From: Lobosporangium transversale
Taxonomy: Eukaryota
Direction: 5' to 3'
Length of the DNA: 64,000 nucleotides
Assembly: GCF_002105155.1 (NCBI RefSeq)
Contig: NW_019028994.1
Span: 310,001 to 374,000, forward strand
Shown: positions 26,682 through 38,965 of the stretch, piece after piece
How positions within the stretch are numbered: position 1 is the stretch's first letter
How the letters are laid out: every line of letters begins with the position of its first letter
Made by a program: the position numbers and the translations under genes
Notes under the pieces: generated by a model
The model's database searches: none
Told to the model about the DNA's origin: nothing
What the model saw: the letters and a program-made list of their open reading frames with translations, nothing else

Positions 26682-29600
26682 TCATTCTTTATTCTCAATC
26701 GTGTGGCTTTCTCCATGAGGTCTGCATGAAATGACATGTGCAAAACTACATTTGTCACATATGCTGTATTCGAATTGGTAGTCTTTGATCGATCCACTCG
26801 GTGCTGTTGCTGAAGTCAATGGTATCTCTCCCCTCAAAATCACTGTCTGTGAAGCTGTCTCTACTAGATCTTGGCAATAATTCGCTTGACTAGAGGAGGC
26901 ACTGAGCTTGGGTGCCACGAATTGTCTCGCTACAATTTGTTTAGATGCCCCATGCATGACCAACGAAAGAGGTTGCTCGCTTATAGCTCCTCGTTGCTCC
27001 AGAAGCTTCCTGTTGGCTTCACTCAACCCAACTACACCTTGCATATGCATGTTGCGAGCATTAAGGGTCGTTTGCCTGGTACTCCATCTCAGGTGATACT
27101 GATATTGATCGCCCTCCTTCACAATCTGCCACATTCGAACGGAGGCATCCTTAGATCCTGTGACCAGAAAATAGCCTTCTTCAAAGGTATTCCATATAAG
27201 CGTAGCAACAAGTCCACCTTCAGATGGAATTACAATCAAATACTCGCCTGTCTCTGCATCCCACACCCGCACTGTCCTATCTTCACTGCTTGAGGCAATG
27301 TACTTTCCATCAGGCGAATAAGCTATCTCTGTGATCCTCTTGGTGTGCCCTTCAAGCGTATGCAATACTTCTCCCGTTTCCATATCAACCATATTAATTT
27401 GTCCATTGTCACACGCATTAGCCATCCGCTGACTAAATGGTGAAAATGATCCTATGCTTTTATAATCCCCAGGTATTGTATAACAAAGCTCACCCGTTTC
27501 TACGTTCCGTACTTGCAGTTCATAAGAGGCATAGCTGTGATAAACCACTATTTTTCGACCGTCAGGTGTGTATTTGATAGAATTACCAATTCTTTCTCCA
27601 TCCTTTACTTCAAAACGAAGGCCACCCGAATGAACTGTCCAGACTCTAAGAGCGCCATCTTTATCATATGAAGCAAGGTGGTGACCATCAGGTGAGAATA
27701 CCACACAGTTTACAAGGCTATTGTGGCCCTGTAGAATGCGAATGAACTCTCCTGTCTGTGCGTTCCATATAGTCACATCTCCATCGGAATGGCCACAGGC
27801 AATTCGATAGTCAGTAGGTGAGAAATCCAAGGTGTAAATCTTATCGTCTTGCCTGTTCTGTAGCTCCAAGGTATGAGCGACTTGGCCTGTTCGAGCATCC
27901 CAAAGGTAGACACGTGAAGAATGATGGCAAGAAGCAAGCAACTGACCATCAGGCGAATACTTGATATCGCGCGTGTATCCATCGAGGCTTTGTAAAACAT
28001 GGATGGACTGTCCTGTCCTTGCATCCCATATACGCACTGTTTCATCACCACTGCGCGAAGCTATCTGCTGTCCATCCGATGAGCTCCTAACACCAGCGAT
28101 CGACGCTGAATGGCCACGCGAATCATGGTTAGATTGCTGTAATCGAGTATCCCAAAGGCGTATTGTTTTATCTTTGCTGAAGGTTGCAAGCTGATGATTA
28201 TTTGGCGAGTATGCCATACGAAATATAGTGCTAGAGTGGCCATAAAAGATATTCATGAGTTGTCCTGACCTCGTGTCCCAAAGCTGTACTGTGTTATCAC
28301 GACTGCAAGTGGCTATCTGTTCTCCATTTGGTGAGTATTTTAGATCTATGATACGATCGGAACGCCCTTCAAGAGTATGGATGACTTTGGCTGCTTGCAT
28401 ATCCCATTGGTATGCCGTCCCCCAGGCGAATGAAGCAGCGAATTTCCCGCTAGGAGAATACTGAATGCCATGGACGCTACTCCTATGTTTCAACTCGTAC
28501 TTTTTCTGACCGGATCCAACATCCCATACATGCAAGTAAAAACTAAGGAAATAGCGAGATATAATTTCCTGCCCATTAGGTGAATATATAATTTGTTCAA
28601 TTCCATTTCTATGGTCCATCCGCATCAGCTGCTGCCCTGATATTGCATCCCACAACCTTACTGTCTCGTCATGACTGCCGCTTGCAATCCGGAGTCCATC
28701 AGGAGAGTATGCCACACTGCTCACATCGTCTGTATGACCTTCTAGGCTGTATTTGAGCACCCCTGCTTGGGTATCCCACACTCGCACTGACCTATCCCTA
28801 CTTGCTGAAGCAAGATGATTCCCGCTTGGCGAGTACACTGCACAGTTTATTCGACCTGTATGACCCTCCAATAGGTGAACCAATGCTCCTGAGGTTGCAT
28901 TCCAAATTGAAACTGTAGTTTGGGAAGAATCCCAGGTGGCGATATATCGACTGTCTGGCGAGCATATGAACCTCGTGTCAATCCCAATGCCTTTCAGAGC
29001 CGAAAGTATCCCCCATGTTGATGTATCATAGATAGTAATTGAATTTTTATATGAGTCATCTTCGATAACAGCAGCGAGTGTCTTGCCATCAGGCGAGTAT
29101 GACCCTCCCAATACCTCGCCCCCAATTTCGAGAAGCGGCCATTCTCCAAACTGTACACCTGCCATCTTTGCTCCGCTTAGGTCTGCTTCACGAAGCCAAC
29201 AATTCTGTAAGTTGACCTTCCTCAGATCTGCTCCTTGTAGCTGAGCATACTCAAATATGCCATGGCTGAGATCTGCTCCTGGGATATGGATTCCTCGCAA
29301 GTCTGCTCCGATAAATGATTCGCCTGCTTGGACCAAGATTGTCATCGCATTGGCTGCTGCTATCCGCCACTTGTTATTGCTCTTCGAGAGCTCCACATAT
29401 GTATACAGCTGTTGTTGAAATATCGGCTCGAGACGGACACGGTCCTCTAAGAATTGAAGGATAGATAGTTCACCCACAAAGCTTCTCCATACTAATGGTG
29501 ACGTCTCATCAATCTCCACTACTTCCACTTCCCGCTCGTCCTCCTTGATGTCCAGGGCTTCGAAACTAAACACTGAACTGACGCTCTGCCGACGAGAAGT

Positions 29601-32600
29601 TTCTGTTGACGTCTTTGTTACTTTATCGATCGCGGAAACACTCATTGCTCTCTTCGGCTCAAAGATCGCTCGTACCAAACTGTACTCTAGGAGTGACCGA
29701 TGGATAAACCGGTGCTGGTTGCCTGTACGAGTAAGTGGTGAAGCCTCGCGTAGAAGCTTCTTTCCATTCTCTTTGCTGAAGTACGCTTCTTTCCATGTAC
29801 TCTTGTCCTTCGATGGTGAGTAGTCCACTACTGGGTTGCCATCTTGATGTCTGTAGATTGCTATGGCTAGCTCGGTGAGATATCTGATCCCATTCTCTGC
29901 AAACCCTTCATCTAATAGCTTGTGAAACACCCTTCTGTCTTCCAGTGCTAATGTATCGCTTAGTCGCTTCTTGCCTCGCTCGAGCCACTGCTCAACGAAC
30001 TGATCATACAGTGTGACGCGTTTGATCTTGGTGTTGGAGCCTCCTTGATCTGGATCTACTATTCGTGGGAGTACTTCTAGTGACATCGATAGAATAAATG
30101 GGTTCTTCACAAGGTCTTGTAGGCTAGGGATCTCTCTGAGCGCACGTCGGTAGTCCTCCGCGCGCCACAGTGGATCCATGGCATCGACATATTGTTCAAT
30201 ATAGTCATCGATCTGAGTCTCAGAGAATGGCATGAGCACAGCCTCTTCAAACAATCCATCATCTGCTTGGTGATTGCGGTCCATAGGTTGGAAGCGATCT
30301 TGATAGTCCAATCCAAGGTACTCACTACGACAACTGATCACCATCTGAGCCATCCACTCTCCAGGCTTATTCAGTTGATTGGTGACATACAGGTTGCTAG
30401 TCTGTAGACTCTCATCATATCCATCACAGATCAGGATGAATGGCCGACTCTTCTTCAGCTCCTTGATCTGTGAGTCTGTGAAATCGTAGTCCCGCAGTTG
30501 CTTTGCAACCAGACCCTTCTCTGGCTTGTCGATGGCTGGGAGATTGATAAATAGTGGGATCCGACCATGTCTATTTTGATATGTCTCCCAGAGTGTGCGC
30601 TCTAGAGTGCGATTGAATGTGGACTTGCCTGCTCCTGAATCTCCTTGGACAAGTAGCACTTTCCGGCCGCTATCCAGGAACTCTTTCACCTTGTCCACCA
30701 GCAAGAACAGCTTGTCATCGCTTACTTGAGAACTTGCTTTGGCATATTGTGGGATATAGAATTCTTGATTATTTCCAACCTCCATCCGCCGTCTCTTTAG
30801 TTGCCGTATACTGTCCTCAACACCGGGTCTATTTTGTGCACGGTCAAGCAAATGTGAAGATGTAAGTGGAGGATGTGTGATGATGAAGGGATGCTGAGCC
30901 ATTGGTCCTTGAACACAATTCCTATATAGCTCTTGTTTCTTGAGGTCTCCATATTTCTCTAGATCATCCAAGAGAGTGCCTGTAGCTGGAAAGAGAAGGA
31001 TAAGGATATATGTATCGAGTGAGTAGGTAGATAAATCACATGTACTGAGCACTGCCGACATCCAAACATATCCACAGAAAAAGAGAGAAAATATGCACCT
31101 TGTAGACCATCCGGTGATAATGAGGATAGCTCTCTAAGGATACTTATGATCCACTGCTTGATATGTGTATGGTCACTCCACTCCTGATCATTCTTGTAGA
31201 TCTCTCCTAGGAGCGTGATGGCATCCCGTCGAGTATCCATACTCCATTGTGTACCAGCTGCAATCTGTCCCAGCCTCTGGCATAGCCCCCATTGGAACGC
31301 TGCATCTTTTCGACAGGGTGCTTCACACACAAGAGCCTTGAACTGAGTGAGTTTGCCTGTCTGGAGTAGTGCATCAGCTCCACGCAATGCTGGATACCAT
31401 GCTGACTTGTGACTAAAGCTGAGTCCTTCTTCCATGCACTGTTTGAATGTTGTTCCACTCTCGTATAGTGATGTTACACTGGTATATCCTTTCAGACTCA
31501 TATCAATGGTACCTGTCACAGAAGGAAGTCCTCTCTGAATGTTGCTTATCTCATCCATGAAGGTATTCAGATCTAAGCCTTTGGCTGCACTCACTACTCC
31601 AAACACTCCTCGGAGCACTACTGATGTCCGCCGAAGCATGGCTTGCATTGTTGTTTCGTCGTCAGGTATATATTGCAGGGCTTGAAAGGCATAAGCTGCT
31701 TGGTAGACTAGTTTAGGATCTGAGCTGTCTTTTAGTCCCTGGAGGTATGCAGCAAGTGGTTCATGGAGTTGCTCTCGCTTCAAGCCTTTGACTTGGTTGT
31801 TGACCATGACATCGAGGACATGTGAGACTGTAACAGACAGGCGATAGAGGTGATCGCCAGATTGATTATGCGTGCACTGTAAGCGAGAATTGAAGGTGTT
31901 GAGGATTGTGACGAGGTCATCGGAGTCAAGGTGTCCAGGAGGAGCGTGCTGCATCAATTGAGCCAATCCTTCTAACAAATGAGTCTCCAGCATGATGTTC
32001 TGGCTGATCCTATTGATTAAAGCTATGAGCAGTGTTCTGAATTGCGCTTGATCGAGGACTGGGGAGAGAGCCACAACTTCAGCAACAGATACCTCAGTGT
32101 TGATGTCATCGCTGATGAACATTTCAATCACATCTGATGCCAGTTTACACGGTCGCTCACGCTCATCTTGATCGTTCAATATGGCCTGGCGCCATTCCTT
32201 CTCGTGATCATTAAGGCCATTTGTTGGGATGGGACTAGTAGGAAGTAGACAAAGACAATACACAAGCTGGTGGATATCATTCAGATGGGTCTCAGGTTCT
32301 GGTAAGGTGTACCTGATGAACATTGGAGGCTCATTGTGATTGAATATGTCTTTTGCAATTGTTGCAATTCTCTGTGCTGGTATTGCTTTAGTCATTCTAT
32401 TTGGTTTGCTGCTTTTGGTTCCATTTTCTTCTTGCTTGGTGCTGTTGCTATTGCTGTTGTTGTTGCTTTCTTGAATGAACCCCCACTTCTCAGCTTTTTT
32501 TTTACGTTTTTGAGCGTCATCGGAGTGACCCAGTTGTTCAAATAAGCAAGCTCGTGATAGGCTGAGGTAACACCTTGGCGCAATGCCATGTCTTCAGTAG

Positions 32601-32811
32601 GAGCTAAAGAAGCTGAAGTCAGTGAGGCGAGGGCCTTTCTCGCAGGCCGTTGTATTCGAGACAGCACAGAGTCGGCATCAAGGCATAGCTCCGTCACTAT
32701 ATCAGTATCGTCCTTCATGTTACGAGCACCCTCAATGTAGAAATCAAAGAGCCTCAGAGCCTGTGCCGGTAAGAGTGCACTTCGTGACAGTGTGTTCGTC
32801 GTGCCAAACAT
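26682..32811 (-). CDS. NLR-like STAND protein: N-terminal helical domain, ARM-like repeats, NACHT, pentapeptide repeats, about 14 WD40 repeats, Cys/His tail; intron 30986-31098; 4-nt frameshift deletion at 32544/32545
   Basis: Walker A GDSGAGKS, Walker B ILICDGYDE, FIHRSLLEY, pentapeptides ADLRGIHIPGADLS..ADLRKVNLQ..ADLSGA, many GH..WD repeats. The splice CAAG|GT..AG|CTACA keeps frame. Compared with relic 2, CGTC is missing in the N-terminal region. Confidence 0.9.
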
Positions 32812-32896
32812 GGATAATTGCTTTCCTTTTCTCCCTTGGATTGTAATCTATTCGTTCCTGAGATAGAAAAATGATTTTGATTGAGGTGTTCGTAGC

Positions 32897-32912
32897 GATA
32901 TTTATGAGCGGA
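32897..32912 (-). promoter_or_regulatory. Conserved core-promoter (TATA-like) element of the NLR gene
   Basis: Identical 16-mer to 17798-17813 at an equivalent distance from the ATG. Confidence 0.55.
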
Positions 32913-33774
32913 CAATGCTTGTTAATCCTAAGAGTATCTCCCTTACATTTATGACTCAAGATTAAGTAAAAAAAAATGGAGTGTGTGACTTTACTGCGAT
33001 GAGGAGAGAGTAGCATAGGCTTGGTTGTCAACCTGTCTGCAAAGCGGCAAGCCACATATTCATATCACCGTACCAAAAACAGAAGGTGGGCTCTACCTTT
33101 TCGACAGTTGACTTCAATGCACCCTTTTTCTCATTTTCTGATTACATGTCTAACGACTTAATTCAATGCCATTGAATCCCTCCCTTTTTTCTATTCACTA
33201 TAGAGTGGAGCAGTAGACAAGTTGGTGAATGATCCTCTCCCTAGCCTGTGTTCACGACTAGGCTCAGAACCTTTAAAACCTTCAGAAACCCTCAGCACCT
33301 TTACATGCACTACATGAGCCCAATGGTGCATGCCGGAACAGAGGCACTTTTCAACAATTCCTCGTTCTCTCTCCCCTTTCTTATGATCTTCCTGTCTCTC
33401 GCCTGCTTAGTTGCTTATTATGATCCGAATCACGTCCCTTTTCTTTTCTCTAGACAGCTCCATAGCCACAATAAATCGCTTCCACATGTTACCAGCTGAT
33501 CCAAGGCGTGTAAAAGAGACTTTGGTTAACTCAAAGTAATCCAGAACTGTTAATATACACAAATAAACCATTTTTCATTTATACAAGGCATTAAAATGTA
33601 AAGCTTTAGTCCCATTCATTTGGATATCCGAATTCATCTACTGCAGGGTCTGTCGAGAGATCAATTTCGTCGGCGTCTATCAAATAAAATCTGCTCTGCT
33701 ACCAAGTTGGATCTGCATCTTCTTGATAGTGAGCCAGGAAAAGAATCAAAGTAAAAAACAAAAGGGTGGCTCTC

Positions 33775-36144
33775 GGATAATCTGAGGGTATGTATACTCA
33801 TTTGCAGCAGCATCTCTCCTATTCAGAGCAAACCACCCCATGAGCTGACTACTGGTATTTCGCTCGTCAAGCAGTGCGGCGAGGTTGTCGTCTTCACTAA
33901 AAATGACATTTTGATGGCCCTCGAGGTGGACTTGGAGACGTATGATTGTGTGTGACAGATCAAACATCTTGAACGCAAAGATCCTCCATATCGATTCACA
34001 AGCAGAGATATAGCGTGCATCCCAGTATTCCTTGATCTCATCATGAGGCTGCAACTGCTGCTGCTCTTGAACATCTTCTTTAACTACAGTCACCCTTGCA
34101 CGATCCTGTCCCTTGTGCACATATTTGTACAAATACTTTACTGATGTGATTGAAGAACAAATCTCGACATTTATGTGGGCGTTGTATTTCGTTGATAAAT
34201 AAGGGTTATATGGCACGACCCAATGATTATCGATGGCGAAGTTGGTATTATTACGCCGGACCACATGATCACGTCGTCTATAGAACGGATAGCCATCCTC
34301 TCTTAGAACTGACTCCGCTAAGAGTTGCCGTGGGTACTTCTTGGTGCACACATTGGACTCCATACAGGGAGATTTGATTCCAGGGCCACAAGGGCCATGG
34401 ATCATTGTCGTCATCACAGTTTTGTACAAATTAGGGTGTCTAAGTGGGTCAGAGATCTCAGCGCAAACGATGTTGTCAATATCCTGAGCCGTACGGGGCT
34501 TATCTTCTTCGTCTAAGGTCAGTAGGATATGAGCGTGTGGCAGTCCTCGCTTTTGGAATTCGGTTGCAAGACAGTATCCGATAACTTTTCCAAGGACATA
34601 TTTTTCAGTAAGGTCATGCATAAGAGCCTCGAGCTTGACCTTGAATACCCTATCCAACAGATCGGGACGATCATTTGGGGTCTGTCCAGCATACCCCTGT
34701 CTTGCAATTTCATGTTGAATCTCTGGCCATTGTGGATTGCAAGTGAAGGTAATAAATAGATCCGGCCTACCTACACGTTGAGTCATAGCCATTGAGTCTT
34801 GGAATCGCTGTTGCATATCGCGAGGTTCCTCCAGTAATGGAAGAAGGCAGGATGATACTTTTGCCAATGTTAGACGCTGATGATACATTATTATCGTGGA
34901 CTGCATCAACGATGCCCTTATAAAGGTCTGCACGGAGCTTCACTTGATTCATTTCTATATATCGAAGTCGATCGCTCATAACTTTGCACTCTTGGTCGAC
35001 GCAATATTGATGGCTGAGACGACCAAACATCCAAAAGTAGCAACGGTTATCTGTGTCGCTTATTGGTCGTGCTTGCAATCGATAAGAATAGAACTCACGT
35101 GCAGATATCCTCTTGTCAGCGTCTTGCCCATGTCGGTGGTAACAATTATAGGTCCAGCCAAGATCGCCCTGGGGGATGAAGAAGAACGTATGCCAAGGGA
35201 TCGTAGGCATCTTGTGTTTCAAAGATTCTTTTCAACCCTGTGCCCTTACTCTCGACAATAATGTCTCTGGGATCGGTCGCGTTTTCTTCGCCAGGGAGCA
35301 AAGCAGCAATCTCAAAAGCGGAGGGCAGATCATATTGTCGGCGACTTCGGTCACTTTTTAGAACAAAGCTCTTCTCAAGGACTGCATGGCCGCCCTCACG
35401 TTCGCGGATGGTTTTGTAGTGCTGAGCGAACGGATTTCTGCAATCCTCCAACCACTGCTGAATTCTCCTCAAGAGGTCTACCCTTAGATCGTTGTCAAAT
35501 ATTTCTCTTCGACGGATAGCCTGTTCATTAGGGTCGAGGAAGTAGATCCGTGCAAATTTTGCTGACTGATTATCTGGAGGTAACAAAGACCCGATCCTGT
35601 GCACCACTGTTCCGTTGATTCGGAATGTATATACACCACTTCTAGCATCCGCAAGTTCATGGTCGTAGTTGGCGCCCATCGAAACATACGAAAGTGAAGA
35701 GTTGTACTTCCTGATGTGGGACTGGAAGTGGTGGCTTTCCTCAGTTGCCACTAATGAGGTCAAGTTAGGAATTGGACGAAGTTCAGGGAGCCTGATTTTG
35801 TCATTCCCACAACAGAGCGAGAACTCTGATGCATGGATGGTAGAGGCTTTAAGACGCTCTTCAAGCCATAAGTACGCCTTACAGTGCGTGCATCGGGTCA
35901 TTTCACCAATCGTAAGCCTGTGTGAGAGAGGATCGATGCTGTTGCCAGTTACCATCTCTTCATGAAACTCATCTATTGTGACATAAGCGATGCCTCTTAA
36001 ATTGGCTCTGCTGAAATATACATTTATGAATGAATAAAATAAAACTGATAACTTTTTTTTTTTTTTTTTTTTTTTATTTTTATTTTTTTGTACCTTGTTA
36101 GAAATTGGAAGCTCGATCCCGACGTTGCATATCTTCGCGGACAT
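33775..36144 (-). mobile_element. Helitron Rep(-Hel) remnant: Zn-finger and HUH Rep domain, two +1 frameshifts, helicase half missing
   Basis: CTHCKAYLWLEE..FSLCCGNDKIRLP, FRINGTVVHRIGSLLP, YDPLAYVLLHP/QGDLGW, ILPSSITGG/PRDMQQRFQDSMA. HUH motifs PDLFITFTCNPQW, EFQKRGLPHAHILL, KYLYKYVHKG. Frameshifts near 35173 and 34826. Confidence 0.93.
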
Positions 36145-36307
36145 TTAGGGCTTCTGAAGATTGATTTCACCAGAAGACGTAGTTAACCTCCAATAGCCAT
36201 AGTCTTTTATATATTACTAATATACTCATATTATTCAGTCATCTAACTACCTATTTTCAGGCAGAGTGGCATGGATTTGAATGTTCTTTGGATTGCGAGG
36301 ACATGAA

Positions 36308-37100
36308 CTATGTGTACTCCATGGGTGCAGAATACTCCCGCATTTTGCATGGTTTATTTGCTAAATTTGCTGATTTGGGGCCGGTGTATGGATTTATTAT
36401 GTACTGTACATTTGCATCAACCTGTGGATCCTTATCTGGAGAGCGACGGGGTACCTCCGCCTTGAGACTCATAAGGACGTCCTGACCAGACTGGATCAGG
36501 GCGCTCTGCAACCTCCTTACCAGAGTTTATCGTTATCACCGACCGGCGTATACCCATTCTTCTTCACCGGTCGACTATACTTGTAAGGCTTTAAGGCCAA
36601 TATCAAATCAACATCCTACAGCACCTCCTCTGGTTGATTTTTCAAGGGACACACAAAGGCGACCTTCCCTTCTTCGCCCAGTCGGTAGGCAGTGGGGGCA
36701 AGTATAAAACCAAACAGCTTCTTGCCACCCGTCGCATTCAACGCGACTGAGACAAACATTTTCTTGGCCATCTCGGTGCATGCATGATCCTTCGTGGTGT
36801 CGGCAAGCTTCATCTCAAATAACACCAGTCCTCTTGCTGACACCCATCAACCATTGGCCATGAGCTGAATTGGTAACTATATTCTGCCAAAATCGCAATA
36901 TCCTTAAACTCCTCCTTCTTCCTACGTTGCCTCCATCGGCTTACACCACAAACAATGTCTTGAGAATGTGAGTCCGCCGACCTTTAGGCAGTTGAGCATA
37001 TGCTGCTTCAGAGCCTTGCGGCTCTGGAAAGGATTGTTGCAGTAATTGCATTTGAGTTTTGAGATCCGTTGGCTGATCCCATTATGCAATCCACTCCTGT
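36308..37100 (-). pseudogene. Degenerate coding relic with a C2HC/C2H2-type zinc finger, upstream of the Helitron Rep
   Basis: LKCNYCNNPFQSRKALKQHMLNC (C-x2-C-x12-H-x3-C), followed by broken same-strand ORFs 36616-36843 and 36308-36511. Confidence 0.4.
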
Positions 37101-37487
37101 GGGTTATGGGGGGAAGCAGTCGTAGCAAGCCCAGCCATACAAAGATGGCAAATAAGCTGGTTGTCTTTGCAATCCCTGATTCTCTTCTGACCTCTCCTCG
37201 ACATGACCGACTATAAAAAAATAAATAAATAAATAAGTAAAAAAAAAAAAGAAAGAGTAAAATAGAAATCTGGCAAAGAAACGAACGACAGGGAGGAGGA
37301 GGCAAAGATAAGAAATAGTGACAAAGGATACTTTGCAAACGGATAAAGGATGCGTAAGCGAGGGAGAAAGGGCGAAAGGAACACGAGAGTGAAAGAGGCA
37401 CGAGAAAGGAATGACAATAGAGAAAGAGGCAAAAGCAAAGGTGGGACGAGAGATGGATCCCAGAAGAGAAGGAAAAAGCTTTTGATT

Positions 37488-37729
37488 TCTTATCTGAGAT
37501 GCCATATGCACAAGACACATCCTACCAATATTTTCGGCACCAGGTTCCAGAGGACAGGTACGGTGGGTACGGCGCCAACGTGGGCTGGCAGAATACCTAT
37601 ATGTGCCAATAGAACCATATAGCGATGTGAGCCTGCAACCAATTTTTTAGACCAGTATGGAGGCTTACTCGGTAATCTACCTTTTGCAAAAAATGAAGTC
37701 AGGAAAGAGGTAGGAAGTAATAGAGGTAG
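37488..37729. repeat. Dispersed repeat copy B (inverted homolog of 3776-4059)
   Basis: See copy A. Shared blocks include GCCTGCAAYCAAT and TTTTTTAGACCARTATGGAGGCT. Confidence 0.8.
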
Positions 37730-38965
37730 ACAAGGTTGGGTTAGAAGAAGGTGAAAGTAGAAAACCTTGAATCTTATAAATGCCTTATGTTCCTCTTCAA
37801 AAGCCCGATCTGTTTTAAAAAATATGGAGATAGTAGCATATCCTTCATTGTTATCCTACTCAATGATAAAAACTTGAGCGACACCGCTCCTAATAACTAG
37901 ATCCATGTACTTTTTCGCACAGTGCGTGCGCGTCCCGTTTGTAGTGGTTCCCTAACTCAACCTTGAACTGCGTGGCAGCTAGTTCCAGAACAACAGACCA
38001 CAGATAGCGCATCCTTACATTGATCGAGCCAGCATCGGCCATAGCTGGCAAAATGTCATTGACCTTCTGGATGAAGCCAAAGGCAGGGATCCTCCCCTTT
38101 ACCGGCTTCTTATTGTAGGAGCACATGAGAAGCGAGAAAAGGAAGATTGTGTTACTGCGGTTTAGCCGTTCTGGCTAACGATACATAGTAGTGTCGAGTA
38201 TCTTTGCACCTATTCATTACCCTCACTAGCACAGTGGTTATTGCATGTACAAAGCCACTCTTTTTTTTATATTTTATATTTTTTATGTTTATACCCTTAG
38301 TTGTGAAGCCTGATGGGGCAGCGCCAAGCACAGGGCTGCCTCTAAATATTCATTCAGTCACCATCTGAGCGGGAAAGCAGTCGAAGGATGCTCCGAACGT
38401 AGAGAGCAGATTCATATGTAAAGCCATTGCTTCCATTTTGCGTTGCCACTCGGTATCATTGAATGTAAAGGCAAGAGAGTCAACAAGGCATGCCAAGGGG
38501 TTAAATGGTTCTTCGGGGGAACCAGCCAGTTTCTGATGGTCCTCGCTCTCGCTCTTGAGGATGAAAGTGATTGAAGCCCAAATTAGGGAAGTTGATGCAC
38601 GAATGCGCGCACAAACCCTCCCTCTTCCCGGATTTCTTTTTGTTTTGCTTGGTCATTCATTCTCTTGTGTGGGACTGCCTTGATCAACATAATTCATTGC
38701 TCACTTCCAATCTAAACACACGCTCTCTTCAACTTTTTGGTTACTCCTGCCATAGCATTCTAATACTATAAAAAGGCATCACTCTTGACCAAAAAAAAAT
38801 CTTCCTCAAACCTCATTTCTAATTTACACACCGACCGATCTCATACCTGCCCTTTCTTCAGAAAAAAAGAAAAGAAAAGAAAAGAAAAGAAAAAAAAAAA
38901 AAAAAAAAACCAGAATCACAGCTCGAAATAACATCCAATCCTGTTCTTCTTCTGGATCTTCTTAC

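Noticed and set aside
27200..29110. High-internal-conservation WD40 repeats as in Podospora HET-E/HNWD
   Set aside because: The repeats are clearly divergent from one another at protein and DNA level.
33241..33265. CTAG plus short AGCCT/AGGCT stem as a possible Helitron 3' end
   Set aside because: The hairpin overlaps the CTAG instead of lying ~10 nt before it, and the next base is not T. The alternative CTAG|T at 33258 has no upstream hairpin.
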